Source: an uncultured Gammaproteobacteria bacterium (lineage in GTDB: Bacteria > Patescibacteriota > Microgenomatia > UBA10105 > UBA927). Taken from it: DNA of 63,265 nucleotides. The stretch lies in NCBI GenBank assembly GCA_964629685.1, contig CAZVTT010000005.1, positions 1 to 63,265 of the forward strand. The letters run 5' to 3'. The notes under the pieces are model-generated. The model did not search any database. It saw only the letters and a list, made by a program, of their open reading frames with translations, and had not been told where the DNA came from. A program made the position numbers and the translations under genes. Shown here one piece after another: positions 38,141 through 47,540 of the stretch (position 1 is the first letter of the stretch; each line of letters begins with the position of its first letter).

Positions 38141-39439
38141 ATGGACCAAAAATCGATCGAAGCCAGTTACCCTATTTCTTTCCGGGAAGACATTGCCAAA
38201 AGCCTGGGAAGCCATTTGCGGCGGCACGATTCCGTGGTAATTATGGGCATGAAACGCGTGGGAATCAGTAATTTTTTACGCTTTTTTCTGCACCACAAAG
38301 ATATTGCCAATACCTATATAGAACCCAACGCCAAACATTTATTTATCCCGATAGATTTAAATGACCTGGTTGAACGCGAAATTTTTCCGTTCTGGACACT
38401 GACGCTGAAACGGTTGGTAGATACCATAGAAGCCTCTTCCCTTTCCGAACAGACGAAACAACAAGCAAGACGACTTTTTACTGAAAGCATTCAACTGAAG
38501 GATCTGTTTGTAACCGTAGACAGCGTACAAAAAGTCATTAATGAAATCGTAGCTGCAGACAGAATCCCGGTGCTTTTTCTGATCCGGTTCGACCGCCTGA
38601 AAGATGCCGTAACCCCGGAACTATTCAGTAATTTGCAGGGGTTAAAAGACGCGGCCAAACAAAAATTGTCGTATGTATTTACCACCTACCGGCCGCTGTA
38701 TGAACTCTCTCCGGAAGTATTTAAAAAATCCGCGCTTTCGGTATTTTCCAAAGACATGTCGCTTCCTCCGGCTACCGATCAGGATATGCAGGCAATTCTA
38801 AATACGTTGCAGGAACGCTACAGATTGGAACTATCTGATGCGCAAAAACAATTTTTGCTCGAACTTTCTGCCGGGCATGTGCAATATCTGCAACTCAGCA
38901 TGATTAAACTGCATGAACTCGGTGCCGTTCCGAAAACCAAAGCGGAATTATTCGGATTACTGCAGGGACATGAAGAAATCGTGCTGCAGTCCGAAGAGCT
39001 GTTTGAAAGCTTAACCAAACAGGAACAAGAGGTATTGCTGACCATAAAAGATCATAAACAACCAGACCCCGATGCAACCCAACGGGCCAGATATCTTTGG
39101 GATTCGGGAATACTCCGCGGTAAGGGAGCTGAAAATTTCATATTTAATCCGTTGTTTGCAGACTATGTCAGCAAACTCCACTCCGGAAAGAACGGTAACG
39201 GAGACTTTACCAAAAAAGAACATTTGCTGTTTAGTTTCCTGAAAAAACACAGCGGAGAACTTTGTGAACGGGAAGACATTATCGAAGCCGTTTGGCCGGA
39301 ATATAAAGATTTAGGCGTATCCGACTGGGCCATAGACCGTCTGGTCGCCCGCGCCCGCGCCAAACTGAAAACCCAAAACAGTCAGTACGAAATAGTGACG
39401 GTTATTACCCGTGGATATAAATTGGTAGAAAAAGGATAA
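38141..39439 (+). CDS. P-loop NTPase-like domain plus C-terminal OmpR/PhoB-type winged helix regulator
   Basis: GMKRVGIS (degenerate Walker A), CEREDIIEAVW...AIDRLVARARAKL...VITRGYKL; promoter TTGTTT-N17-TACAAT. Confidence 0.85.
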   Translation: MDQKSIEASYPISFREDIAKSLGSHLRRHDSVVIMGMKRVGISNFLRFFLHHKDIANTYIEPNAKHLFIPIDLNDLVEREIFPFWTLTLKRLVDTIEASSLSEQTKQQARRLFTESIQLKDLFVTVDSVQKVINEIVAADRIPVLFLIRFDRLKDAVTPELFSNLQGLKDAAKQKLSYVFTTYRPLYELSPEVFKKSALSVFSKDMSLPPATDQDMQAILNTLQERYRLELSDAQKQFLLELSAGHVQYLQLSMIKLHELGAVPKTKAELFGLLQGHEEIVLQSEELFESLTKQEQEVLLTIKDHKQPDPDATQRARYLWDSGILRGKGAENFIFNPLFADYVSKLHSGKNGNGDFTKKEHLLFSFLKKHSGELCEREDIIEAVWPEYKDLGVSDWAIDRLVARARAKLKTQNSQYEIVTVITRGYKLVEKG

Positions 39440-39500
39440 CCCACTCCGAATTGACACCCGGTAAAAACCCTTGTACGCTGCATAGTGAAAGGACAATACT

Positions 39501-40463
39501 ATGGCACAAGAAGGAGAATTAAAAGATCAACCACCGGTTCCCGTTAAACCACCCTCTGCCCGAGATACTCTACGAATAGTACAATTTTTACACGCGGATA
39601 CCGTGGAAACTCCGGGATCCCAAGTTGAAAATATTTCCGACTCGCTCCAAGCGCTGGCAGCAATAAATCAAAGCGGCGATGCAGATAGGCAGGCACAGGT
39701 ACTTAAATTTGTGACCGATGCTCCCGGACTGGATGTAGTCGCCGTCGATAAACACCTGAAACGATTACAGGAAGGACCGGTTCCCCCTCCGGAAAAAACA
39801 CCCAGACTCGATCCCGAAAAGGGCTTACAAATGGATGATCGGGAAGCCTTTAACCGTCACAAAGAATTCTTGATTGCCATGTTGTCTACATTACTTACGG
39901 ATAACCGAACCCAAATGATCGCAGAAATCAGACGCTGGAATACCCAAATGGTTCCCAAATTCCCTGCGGATGAACAACCGGGACATATCATGTTAACGTC
40001 ACAGGTTGATAGTCTGGCAAAGCAGTTACAGGGAATAACCATAGATGATGCCGATATTGATAACATCGCCATACTGGCATATAACGGTGCCGTAGAAGTA
40101 CACAGACCGGAACCGCCTGCCATAGAAGCCGAAGGTGAGGTACCGAACTTGGCCCGCACCGCATTAGAACAGCATGCAGCAGCGGAACCGACAGAAGAGC
40201 AAGTTAAACCAAGAAAAGAACCGAGAAATGCAGTGGAAAGACGGATGGTTAACATCGCGAATATGGCGTTATTGCCTGCATTACGCAATGATGTTGAACC
40301 TGATGCTTTACGTAAGATGGTTACGCATGCCAACGAACTGCTCACATGGGTAAACTCGAATGTTGATTATCTTGTGGACGCAGATTTATTACCTGCAGGA
40401 GTTGTGGATAAAATCAAAGCGATGCCGAAAGCGCCGCCGCCACAGGAATCTCCGACTTCTTAG
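39501..40463 (+). CDS. hypothetical helical protein (320 aa)
   Basis: TTGACA-N17-TACGCT promoter and SD GAAAGGA. Confidence 0.75.
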   Translation: MAQEGELKDQPPVPVKPPSARDTLRIVQFLHADTVETPGSQVENISDSLQALAAINQSGDADRQAQVLKFVTDAPGLDVVAVDKHLKRLQEGPVPPPEKTPRLDPEKGLQMDDREAFNRHKEFLIAMLSTLLTDNRTQMIAEIRRWNTQMVPKFPADEQPGHIMLTSQVDSLAKQLQGITIDDADIDNIAILAYNGAVEVHRPEPPAIEAEGEVPNLARTALEQHAAAEPTEEQVKPRKEPRNAVERRMVNIANMALLPALRNDVEPDALRKMVTHANELLTWVNSNVDYLVDADLLPAGVVDKIKAMPKAPPPQESPTS

Positions 40464-40804
40464 GCTTGAGTGTCATTCGGGAATTGTGCCTGTTCTATAA
40501 CCTGGTCACGTTCATTGCGCACGCAAAACAGAAATGCTTCCAAGGGTCGGACACCTTCGGGGTATGTTTTCCACATGTTTACCCGTCGGCCGATATGAAG
40601 CTGCAGCCACTCGTAATCCACCACCGGTACCGTCTGGGAATCCGTCTCCGGCGGCTGAAACAGATACACTTCCCCATACGTCATTTCGCCGTCTACGGAT
40701 AATGTCGGCCCGAAAATGGAAATAGCTCCCGGTTTATACTCACTACGTTTGAGTTCACCGAAAAAATGCTGTGGTCCCTGAGGACTTGGAGATTCTGCGC
40801 CCAT
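40460..40804 (-). CDS. hypothetical protein (114 aa)
   Basis: Follows the 1274-aa ORF after 3 nt, on the same strand. Confidence 0.6.
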   Translation of the reverse strand: MGAESPSPQGPQHFFGELKRSEYKPGAISIFGPTLSVDGEMTYGEVYLFQPPETDSQTVPVVDYEWLQLHIGRRVNMWKTYPEGVRPLEAFLFCVRNERDQVIEQAQFPNDTQA

Positions 40805-40807
40805 AGG

Positions 40808-43800
40808 TTAATCGTGCCAGGTGAACCCACCGGCTAAAGGATGCGGTTCAGGATGTTCACAAACGGACCAATACGTATCCAACAGATCACGCCGGATTGC
40901 AGCTTTCAGTGATTGCCGGTTTGGCATATTTAGGTTCAATTTCATAATATCAGCGAGAATTAATACCCGAGCTTCTTGATTATCCACCGTAGTAAACGTC
41001 AAATCTTTATACCTGGCGTCCAGTAATTCATCGGATAATACATCAAGTTTTGCTTCCACTAAATCCAGGGCATAATCCAGATATGCCGGCTGTGCGTGGC
41101 GATGGTAACGGGCATACCCCGCCTCTTCCCGTTTGGCATATGAGGGGGGACAATAAATATTAAATGCCCCATCCGTGTTGTCCGTTACATAACGGTTATT
41201 CGTTGTCCGTTTCATACGGCCAATATACTCAACCCGAAGCTTTCCGGCAGCGTCACGGGATTCCCGCAGTAAATGAATGAACGCAGTCGATTTCGGAACC
41301 AGCTTTGAGACAATCGTTACATCATTATCATCGTGAATTCCCATGGCTATAAATGTTTCGTCCCCATCTTCCTGGATGTGAACTACCCACTGGTTCTCGC
41401 CGCTGTAATTTGTAAAATCACCGGCATAATTACTTTGAAAGAGATAGTCGCCATCATCCATAATATCTTTTAACCGCTTTTCCACTTCTCCTACACGCAT
41501 AGATTTATACGCATCCGGATGTTCATCTATAGACAGTCCGGCGATAAGCGCACTTAACCCGCCGCGATAGTCTACAAGCGTATAGAATTGCTGTGCACCG
41601 CGTCGTTTCTTTAACTCCGCACTCATTTTTGTTTCCGTACTGACATCATTTTCAATCGCAGCCAACACACTACCGCCGGCAACCGCGTAATGCTGTGACC
41701 ATAAACCTTTTTCCAGCCAATGGCGGTATACGACGCCGGGCGTAATAGTATCTTTATCCTTTTTCTGCCGCCAGGCACCGGGAGTCATATCCGGAGCACC
41801 CGCAGCCGGCATTACCCGTACAAATTCCACGGACTTTTTATCGGTAACCAGAATGGCCTCTGTCGCTACCATTCTCCTATGAATCTGAATTTTCCGTAAA
41901 TAGAAGCCGGGGGTTTTGGCTTTCACCATCTTGGCAACCCACGCATCATGTGCAGACAGATAATTTTCCTGCGATATCGTTAATCCGTCACCACCCAGCA
42001 ACACCTGCGCTGCGATAATCCCGTCATGTGAATCCGCCGTTACCACATCCATGCGTACCCTGGGATATCGTGGGACAGACGGTAAAGGAACCTGAAGCAT
42101 CATGACCGGCTCAAATCCGGTACCGGCAGCGTCCGGCTTAGTAGTGACTGCGAGAGTAACTTCGCGTCCCTTTGTACCCATAGTGAGATGCTCTTTACCC
42201 CCGCCCTTCCAGAACTTCGGTACGGAAACTCTGGCTTCTTTGGCTAACACGTCGTTCCACACCATCCAGACTTTAAGCTGCCCGGTTTTTTCGTCAATTT
42301 CCGATTCAAACACCCAGCCGATTCCCGTCTGTGCCACTGCCGGACTATTTGCGTATTCCACAGCCAACTGAGGACATTGACGGGCAATAGCGTCTATAAA
42401 CGATTGCGGCGGACGCTTTCCGAGAGTTTTTTCCGGTACGGACATGATTGCCATTACTTGTGGTGTCATTTTTTCGCGATACCATAATCTCCGCGCTGCG
42501 TCCTGAATTTCTTCCAATTGTGCCGTAGAAATAAATCCGTCCGGATGAACCCGTACGAATGCGGGGTTCGGCGTAGTACCTGCGGTCGGAGGAACCAATA
42601 ACCTCTTGGTCTGCGGATCATATACTAACTCCCCGTGAAGGAATTGATATAACGCGGTAAGTGTCCTATCGGCGACGGTGTCGGCGGCCATCCTGGTTTC
42701 CGCGTCTTTACGAATAGTAAATGTTTTCGCTGCAGTATCCCGGATTACCTCATACGCTGTAAGCGTACCGGTAGTTCCGAGCACCGGAACAAAACTGCGT
42801 TCGGTTCCGGCACCAGGCGGGAAATTAAACGCCACTGCTATGTCAGTGACATTTCCGCCCGGAGCACGCAACGCCCTGGCGAGGTTATACCTGATCATGG
42901 GTTGGAACTCCGGATCCATAGGGGTTTCGATTAATTCTGTTCTGGGCTGAGAGCCAGGCACATTGGGATTAGCAGGAAGAACTCTTTGGCTGAAGGCGGT
43001 TATGGTATTTGCGCCGACATGATACTCCGTTTGCCCGGCAAACCAGCTTGATTGATCCGGATTAATTCTGACAACAAGCCGAAGGTTATTCTTCGGTTGG
43101 GCGTACTCATCAAGGGAACGGGTAGCCCGCACATCGATCACATGAATGTTTCCAGCTACCGGAAGAACACCGTGATTTTCCCTATTCCATGTAGTCCAAC
43201 GGGCCACCAGCGTTTTTTGTTCCGTATCCGTGATCGGTATCTCAGTTACCGTTTGCGCCGCAATCCCTGCCGCTAAAGCCGTATACCCTTCTTCCACCGC
43301 TTTCTTCTCATACGCGAGCCGCAGATCACGGTAGCGTTTGGAAATGGCTGCCTGATCCATTTCCGCTTTCGTAATCGTACCCATAAATTCCGTTTCCAAT
43401 GGTCGGATTGGGCGGGATTCCACCCGTCCGCCGTCTGCATATATTTCCGTTTGTCCGTTCTTACATACGACAGTTTGTGCGGTTAACGGCGTTTCCGGGA
43501 ACAGGGTTTCCGCACCCGCATGGATGTTAAATCCTCCCGCAACTCCGCCATTTTCAGTTTTGATAGCCACGATCATTCTAGTCCGGCCATAATCATACTT
43601 TTTTCCCGGAATACAACTGAGTGCGTTAATGAGCAGAAGCGGATCGTCATGCACCGCCCAAACTTCCCGGACTCTATTTTCCGACGGCTGAGCATACCCT
43701 ACGAATTGTTCAAACGATACCTTTCCGGAAGAATCCACCATAATCCGGTAATTCCCGGTTTGAGCTTCATATAATATTTCCGTCGTCAGCCAGTCATGAT

Positions 43801-44623
43801 GGTCCCTGGCTATACGGGGTCCGATAATCCGGATAGGAGCATTCGTTTCCGTTTGCCGGTCCGGTTGAACCAAAATGGGGTCTGCTAAGCAGGCAATAAT
43901 GGCTGCTTCGTCTACGGAAACCGCTTTTGCATACACATTTGGTGGATTCTGCGGCGCTATAGCCCGTGCCGCCCGCTCGCGTTCCTGTAGGGTACGATTC
44001 TCTATTCCGGCAATAATTGCGGCCCGCTGCAACACATAATCGTGAGTTCCGATCAGCAGTTCCGAACCGCGTCGGCCGTAATATCCGGTAAACCCTTCCG
44101 TCATGGAATCCAATGATTGGGTAACGGCATCTGCGGGAACTTCGGGCAATTTAAAGTCTACGCCGACGTACACAGCGTCTTTTAACCGGAGCGCTCTTCC
44201 TTTCGTATCTAAAATCATCCGACCGAGTAAAAGTTCACGGGTCCTGGCGTCTGATTCGGTAATCATGGTATCGCGACCGACATCGTACGTCAGCATGGTC
44301 CCGTCTTCTCCTAAAAATTGCTTCCCCACCTGGGGTTCATCTAAATCGGCATTCTGCAGAAACCGCAGTTCATATTTCGCCGCATCTAGAGCCGGGTGCG
44401 GTTGATAGCCAGCGCGTACTTCTTCCGTCAGCACGTATATTCCTGCGCCGTAACCTTCCTGAATACCAATTTGTTTTTCTGCGGGAGCAACCGCCAGCGG
44501 GTCCAGAATGCCGTACCGTGGTAACGGACCTTCCACGGGACCATCCGGCGGTAACTGTTCCGGCTGTTCTTCTACCGGTGGAGGCGGAGGCGCATCGTGA
44601 ATAATTTCTGGTAAAACGGTCAT
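40808..44623 (-). CDS. very large hypothetical protein (~1270 aa)
   Basis: 3.8-kb open frame, TATACT upstream, no signal peptide or recognisable motif. Confidence 0.8.
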   Translation of the reverse strand: MTVLPEIIHDAPPPPPVEEQPEQLPPDGPVEGPLPRYGILDPLAVAPAEKQIGIQEGYGAGIYVLTEEVRAGYQPHPALDAAKYELRFLQNADLDEPQVGKQFLGEDGTMLTYDVGRDTMITESDARTRELLLGRMILDTKGRALRLKDAVYVGVDFKLPEVPADAVTQSLDSMTEGFTGYYGRRGSELLIGTHDYVLQRAAIIAGIENRTLQERERAARAIAPQNPPNVYAKAVSVDEAAIIACLADPILVQPDRQTETNAPIRIIGPRIARDHHDWLTTEILYEAQTGNYRIMVDSSGKVSFEQFVGYAQPSENRVREVWAVHDDPLLLINALSCIPGKKYDYGRTRMIVAIKTENGGVAGGFNIHAGAETLFPETPLTAQTVVCKNGQTEIYADGGRVESRPIRPLETEFMGTITKAEMDQAAISKRYRDLRLAYEKKAVEEGYTALAAGIAAQTVTEIPITDTEQKTLVARWTTWNRENHGVLPVAGNIHVIDVRATRSLDEYAQPKNNLRLVVRINPDQSSWFAGQTEYHVGANTITAFSQRVLPANPNVPGSQPRTELIETPMDPEFQPMIRYNLARALRAPGGNVTDIAVAFNFPPGAGTERSFVPVLGTTGTLTAYEVIRDTAAKTFTIRKDAETRMAADTVADRTLTALYQFLHGELVYDPQTKRLLVPPTAGTTPNPAFVRVHPDGFISTAQLEEIQDAARRLWYREKMTPQVMAIMSVPEKTLGKRPPQSFIDAIARQCPQLAVEYANSPAVAQTGIGWVFESEIDEKTGQLKVWMVWNDVLAKEARVSVPKFWKGGGKEHLTMGTKGREVTLAVTTKPDAAGTGFEPVMMLQVPLPSVPRYPRVRMDVVTADSHDGIIAAQVLLGGDGLTISQENYLSAHDAWVAKMVKAKTPGFYLRKIQIHRRMVATEAILVTDKKSVEFVRVMPAAGAPDMTPGAWRQKKDKDTITPGVVYRHWLEKGLWSQHYAVAGGSVLAAIENDVSTETKMSAELKKRRGAQQFYTLVDYRGGLSALIAGLSIDEHPDAYKSMRVGEVEKRLKDIMDDGDYLFQSNYAGDFTNYSGENQWVVHIQEDGDETFIAMGIHDDNDVTIVSKLVPKSTAFIHLLRESRDAAGKLRVEYIGRMKRTTNNRYVTDNTDGAFNIYCPPSYAKREEAGYARYHRHAQPAYLDYALDLVEAKLDVLSDELLDARYKDLTFTTVDNQEARVLILADIMKLNLNMPNRQSLKAAIRRDLLDTYWSVCEHPEPHPLAGGFTWHD

Positions 44624-44773
44624 AGAATGCAATGCAGTATACTCTTGCTATAGGCTTACGTCAAGCACGTTTTGTGCCTATTGTGACACGTATCACTCTT
44701 CCGCCGTACCATACCGTAAGACAACATCCATATAAAACGTAGTGTGTACCGTGAACGGATTCGGATCAACGAC

Positions 44774-44943
44774 TTGCACGGATAACGGCTATACGATATA
44801 ATTCCCAATACGTAATCCTAAAGACAGTAGGCATTTCACCCAACGGTGAAGAGAAGTCCTACCGAGGGGTGGCCAGTTCAAACCCGTTTCGTCACCAAGA
44901 CGTTTCGAGGAGAAATGACATCTCGCGGTAGCGAGATTTTTTT
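44774..44943 (+). promoter_or_regulatory. rplJ promoter and L10 leader with attenuator hairpin
   Basis: TTGCAC-N17-TATAAT; AAAGACAGTAGG...CCTACCGAG L10-leader signature; ATCTCGC-ggta-GCGAGAT-T7 just before the ATG. Confidence 0.8.
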
Positions 44944-45462
44944 ATGGCAACAACCCGAAAGATAGATACAGTACAGGAATTAACCAAAAAAGTAACGGAC
45001 GCCAAATCCATTATCCTGGCAGACTACCGCGGCTTAAAACATAAGCAACTCGAAGAATTACGCCGCCAGCTGAAAAAGGTAGACGGTGAATTCGTCGTTA
45101 CGAAGAATCGCTTGTTGCTCAAAGCCCTCGGCGACAGAGGCGAATTGTTAAAGGAAGCGCTCAATGAAACAACCGCTACCCTGTTCTCTTACGCTGATGA
45201 AGTAACGCCGCTGAAGGAAATGCTCAAATTCTTTAAAGGCGCCGGCATCGGAAAAACCAAAGCCGCTCTCGTAGGAACCACTGCGTTTACGGCAAAAGAT
45301 GTAACCAGGCTTTCGACATTACCCACCCGAGAAGTATTGTTATCCAAGATGGTAGGACAAATGCAGGCTCCATTATACGGACTGCACAATGCACTTACCT
45401 GGAATATCAGATCGTTAGCATACGCATTACAGGCAATTAAAGAGCAAAAAGCGAAAAACTAA
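44944..45462 (+). CDS. rplJ: 50S ribosomal protein uL10
   Basis: IILADYRGL, VTKNRLL, LSTLPTREVLLSK. Confidence 0.96.
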   Translation: MATTRKIDTVQELTKKVTDAKSIILADYRGLKHKQLEELRRQLKKVDGEFVVTKNRLLLKALGDRGELLKEALNETTATLFSYADEVTPLKEMLKFFKGAGIGKTKAALVGTTAFTAKDVTRLSTLPTREVLLSKMVGQMQAPLYGLHNALTWNIRSLAYALQAIKEQKAKN

Positions 45463-45618
45463 AAAATATTTTTAACACAAGAGAGGTTTTATCCACCATT
45501 ACTTACCTCTCGCCTTAGTTCATTTGAACTGCGGTGCGAGGAGCGTAATCGGCGGATGTAAGAATCGCTAGATTCATATTCATTCACCAAGCGATTCTAA
45601 CAAAGGAGGTGACACAAA

Positions 45619-46005
45619 ATGGCAAAACTTACACAAGAAGAATTAATGCAAACAATCGGCGAAATGACCGTTATTGAACTTGCTGATTTCGTAAAGGCTC
45701 TGGAAGAAAAATTTGGTGTCACCGCCGCTCCCGTCGCAGTAGCCGCCGGACCGGCAGCTGCCGCTGACAGCGGAGAACCCAAAGAAGAACAGACAGTATT
45801 TAACGTCGTAATTACCGCCGCAGGCGATAACAAAATCGGCGCGATTAAAGCTGTCCGTGAACTCGTTCCGACACTCGGACTTCAGGAAGCTAAAGCACTT
45901 GTAGAATCAGCTCCCAAAGACGTTCTAACCGGAGTGAATAAGTCTGCTGCAGAAGAAGCGAAGAAAAAACTGGAAGCTGCAGGAGCAAAAGTCGAACTTA
46001 AGTAA
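45619..46005 (+). CDS. rplL: 50S ribosomal protein bL12
   Basis: [42 protein letters not shown]; SD AAGGAGGT. Confidence 0.98.
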   Translation: MAKLTQEELMQTIGEMTVIELADFVKALEEKFGVTAAPVAVAAGPAAAADSGEPKEEQTVFNVVITAAGDNKIGAIKAVRELVPTLGLQEAKALVESAPKDVLTGVNKSAAEEAKKKLEAAGAKVELK

Positions 46006-46024
46006 ATCGTTTGTATTTAACAAG

Positions 46025-46049
46025 AAGTCCCCCGTAAGGGGGATTTTTT
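46025..46049 (+). terminator. rplJL intrinsic terminator
   Basis: TCCCCC-gtaa-GGGGGA-TTTTTT. Confidence 0.85.
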
Positions 46050-46055
46050 GTGGGA

Positions 46056-46439
46056 TTAAAACATTCCGCCGGGAATACCATTACCCACCACGAACCAAAT
46101 TCCGTGCAGATATAACCCTACCCACAACGCGACACCTGCACCGGAAAGCCAAAGTATCCATTTGGGAATTTTACCCGTTTGACGAATGACCAGATAGATA
46201 AGCGGAAGCAATACGGCGGTAGATATGGGAATCCAGGCAATAAGCTGCAATTGCCGCCAACACGTAATTTCGCGGCAGGGCCAGACGATTTCAGATAACC
46301 AGATAACGCTGGGGACGAGAAGTGCCGAAAGAAAAATTGCCAAAAAGAATGACTGCGTTACCCGCAAAGCAAGCGGAGGCACGGAATGTCGCTTTTTTAC
46401 TGTTTTTCGTATCGTATGAGCAGGTCGCTTGGCAGGCAT
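46056..46439 (-). CDS. small 3-TM membrane protein
   Basis: TATACT 6 nt before ATG 46439; three hydrophobic segments. Confidence 0.7.
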   Translation of the reverse strand: MPAKRPAHTIRKTVKKRHSVPPLALRVTQSFFLAIFLSALLVPSVIWLSEIVWPCREITCWRQLQLIAWIPISTAVLLPLIYLVIRQTGKIPKWILWLSGAGVALWVGLYLHGIWFVVGNGIPGGMF

Positions 46440-46520
46440 ACCACTAGTATAACAAGTTAGTTGCAAGTTGCTAGTTGAGATTGTACCAACCGTCAATCAA
46501 CAACCATCAATCAGCAATTA

Positions 46521-46600
46521 TTTATGATGGCATCTGTATGAGTTTGACACCTCTTGACAAAGTTTGATAGCTGATGATACTGTGTGATTAGTAATGATCA
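46521..46600 (+). promoter_or_regulatory. promoter overlaid by a 10-bp-phased TG(A) array
   Basis: TG at 46525, 35, 45, 55, 65, 75, 85 and 95; TTGACA at 46544 and 46554. Confidence 0.65.
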
Positions 46601-46691
46601 TATTCGCAGATCATTCCCCCTCTTAGACTGCACACAGATGAGGGATTTCCATACCACGCAAGAAACATTGCGACATCGGAAAGGAATACCT

Positions 46692-46892
46692 ATGGCACTT
46701 GGAGATGAATGGCCAGATTTATTAACAGTACGTGAAGTAGCTAAAATCCTGCGCGTTTCTCCGCTGACTATTAAGCGCTGGGGCAAACGGGGTAAATTAC
46801 CCGCAATCCGGATAAATTCGCGGGGTGACCGACGCTACAAAAAAGAAGCGGTCATGTGGTTGCTGGGACTTCAACAAAAAGGTCAAGTGTAA
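46692..46892 (+). CDS. BldC/excisionase-like MerR-type HTH DNA-binding protein (66 aa)
   Basis: LLTVREVAKILRVSPLTIKRWGKRGKLPAIR..SRGDRRY; SD AAGGA. Confidence 0.9.
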   Translation: MALGDEWPDLLTVREVAKILRVSPLTIKRWGKRGKLPAIRINSRGDRRYKKEAVMWLLGLQQKGQV

Positions 46893-46984
46893 CGTCACGA
46901 CTAGTGTATTAACATACCATTCCGTGGTATGTCAGGCCACTGATCCGCTTCCTCTCTTACGGTATTCTGATATACACCCACATT

Positions 46985-47539
46985 GTGAGTCTGATTGTGA
47001 AACATGTTGCCGTCGTTCCTATCATCGGTGTTGGCATAGGTACTTCCCTGCTGTTAGCGGTAAGTGCCTGGCTGTATTTTTCCCCACAAATCCGATCAAC
47101 CACCAGCGCACATCCGATCGTAACACCACCGGCTGTTTCTCCCACTATCTCTGTCCCTAAAAACACCCCCGTACAAGGTGAATCATCCGCACTCCCTTTA
47201 CCTCAAGGGAAAGTCCCCTTTTCTGTTAGTTCCGGACAAAAAACCGGACCCCAATTCCGGAACGGATTCATAGATCCATACGACCCGAAAACCGGTGAAA
47301 CACAAACCGTTTCTGTACTGATCACAGGTAAATCACCCGTTATCACCGTAACAGCCACTATGAGAACGGACACAGCATCAAAAACAAATACCATGAAATT
47401 ACTGGAGGGTACTGCCGCGGATGGCAAATGGGAAGGCAGTTGGACAGTAACCGATACGCACCACCAAACATACAAACTGATTCTACACGCACTGGATTCC
47501 ACCGGAACAACAAATGTGATTGATATTACGCTCCGATAA
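46985..47539 (+). CDS. single-TM protein with C-terminal Ig-like domain (cassette 2 adaptor)
   Basis: Paralog of 31126..31770 (GK.F.V.SG..GP, DPK.G, TDT, W.V.DTH, ITxR end); start codon uncertain. Confidence 0.75.
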   Translation: MSLIVKHVAVVPIIGVGIGTSLLLAVSAWLYFSPQIRSTTSAHPIVTPPAVSPTISVPKNTPVQGESSALPLPQGKVPFSVSSGQKTGPQFRNGFIDPYDPKTGETQTVSVLITGKSPVITVTATMRTDTASKTNTMKLLEGTAADGKWEGSWTVTDTHHQTYKLILHALDSTGTTNVIDITLR

Positions 47540-47540
47540 T

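Noticed and set aside
46692-46892. Prophage or integrative element implied by the excisionase-like gene
   Set aside because: No integrase, att-like repeats, tRNA or phage structural genes nearby; more consistent with a chromosomal BldC-like regulator.
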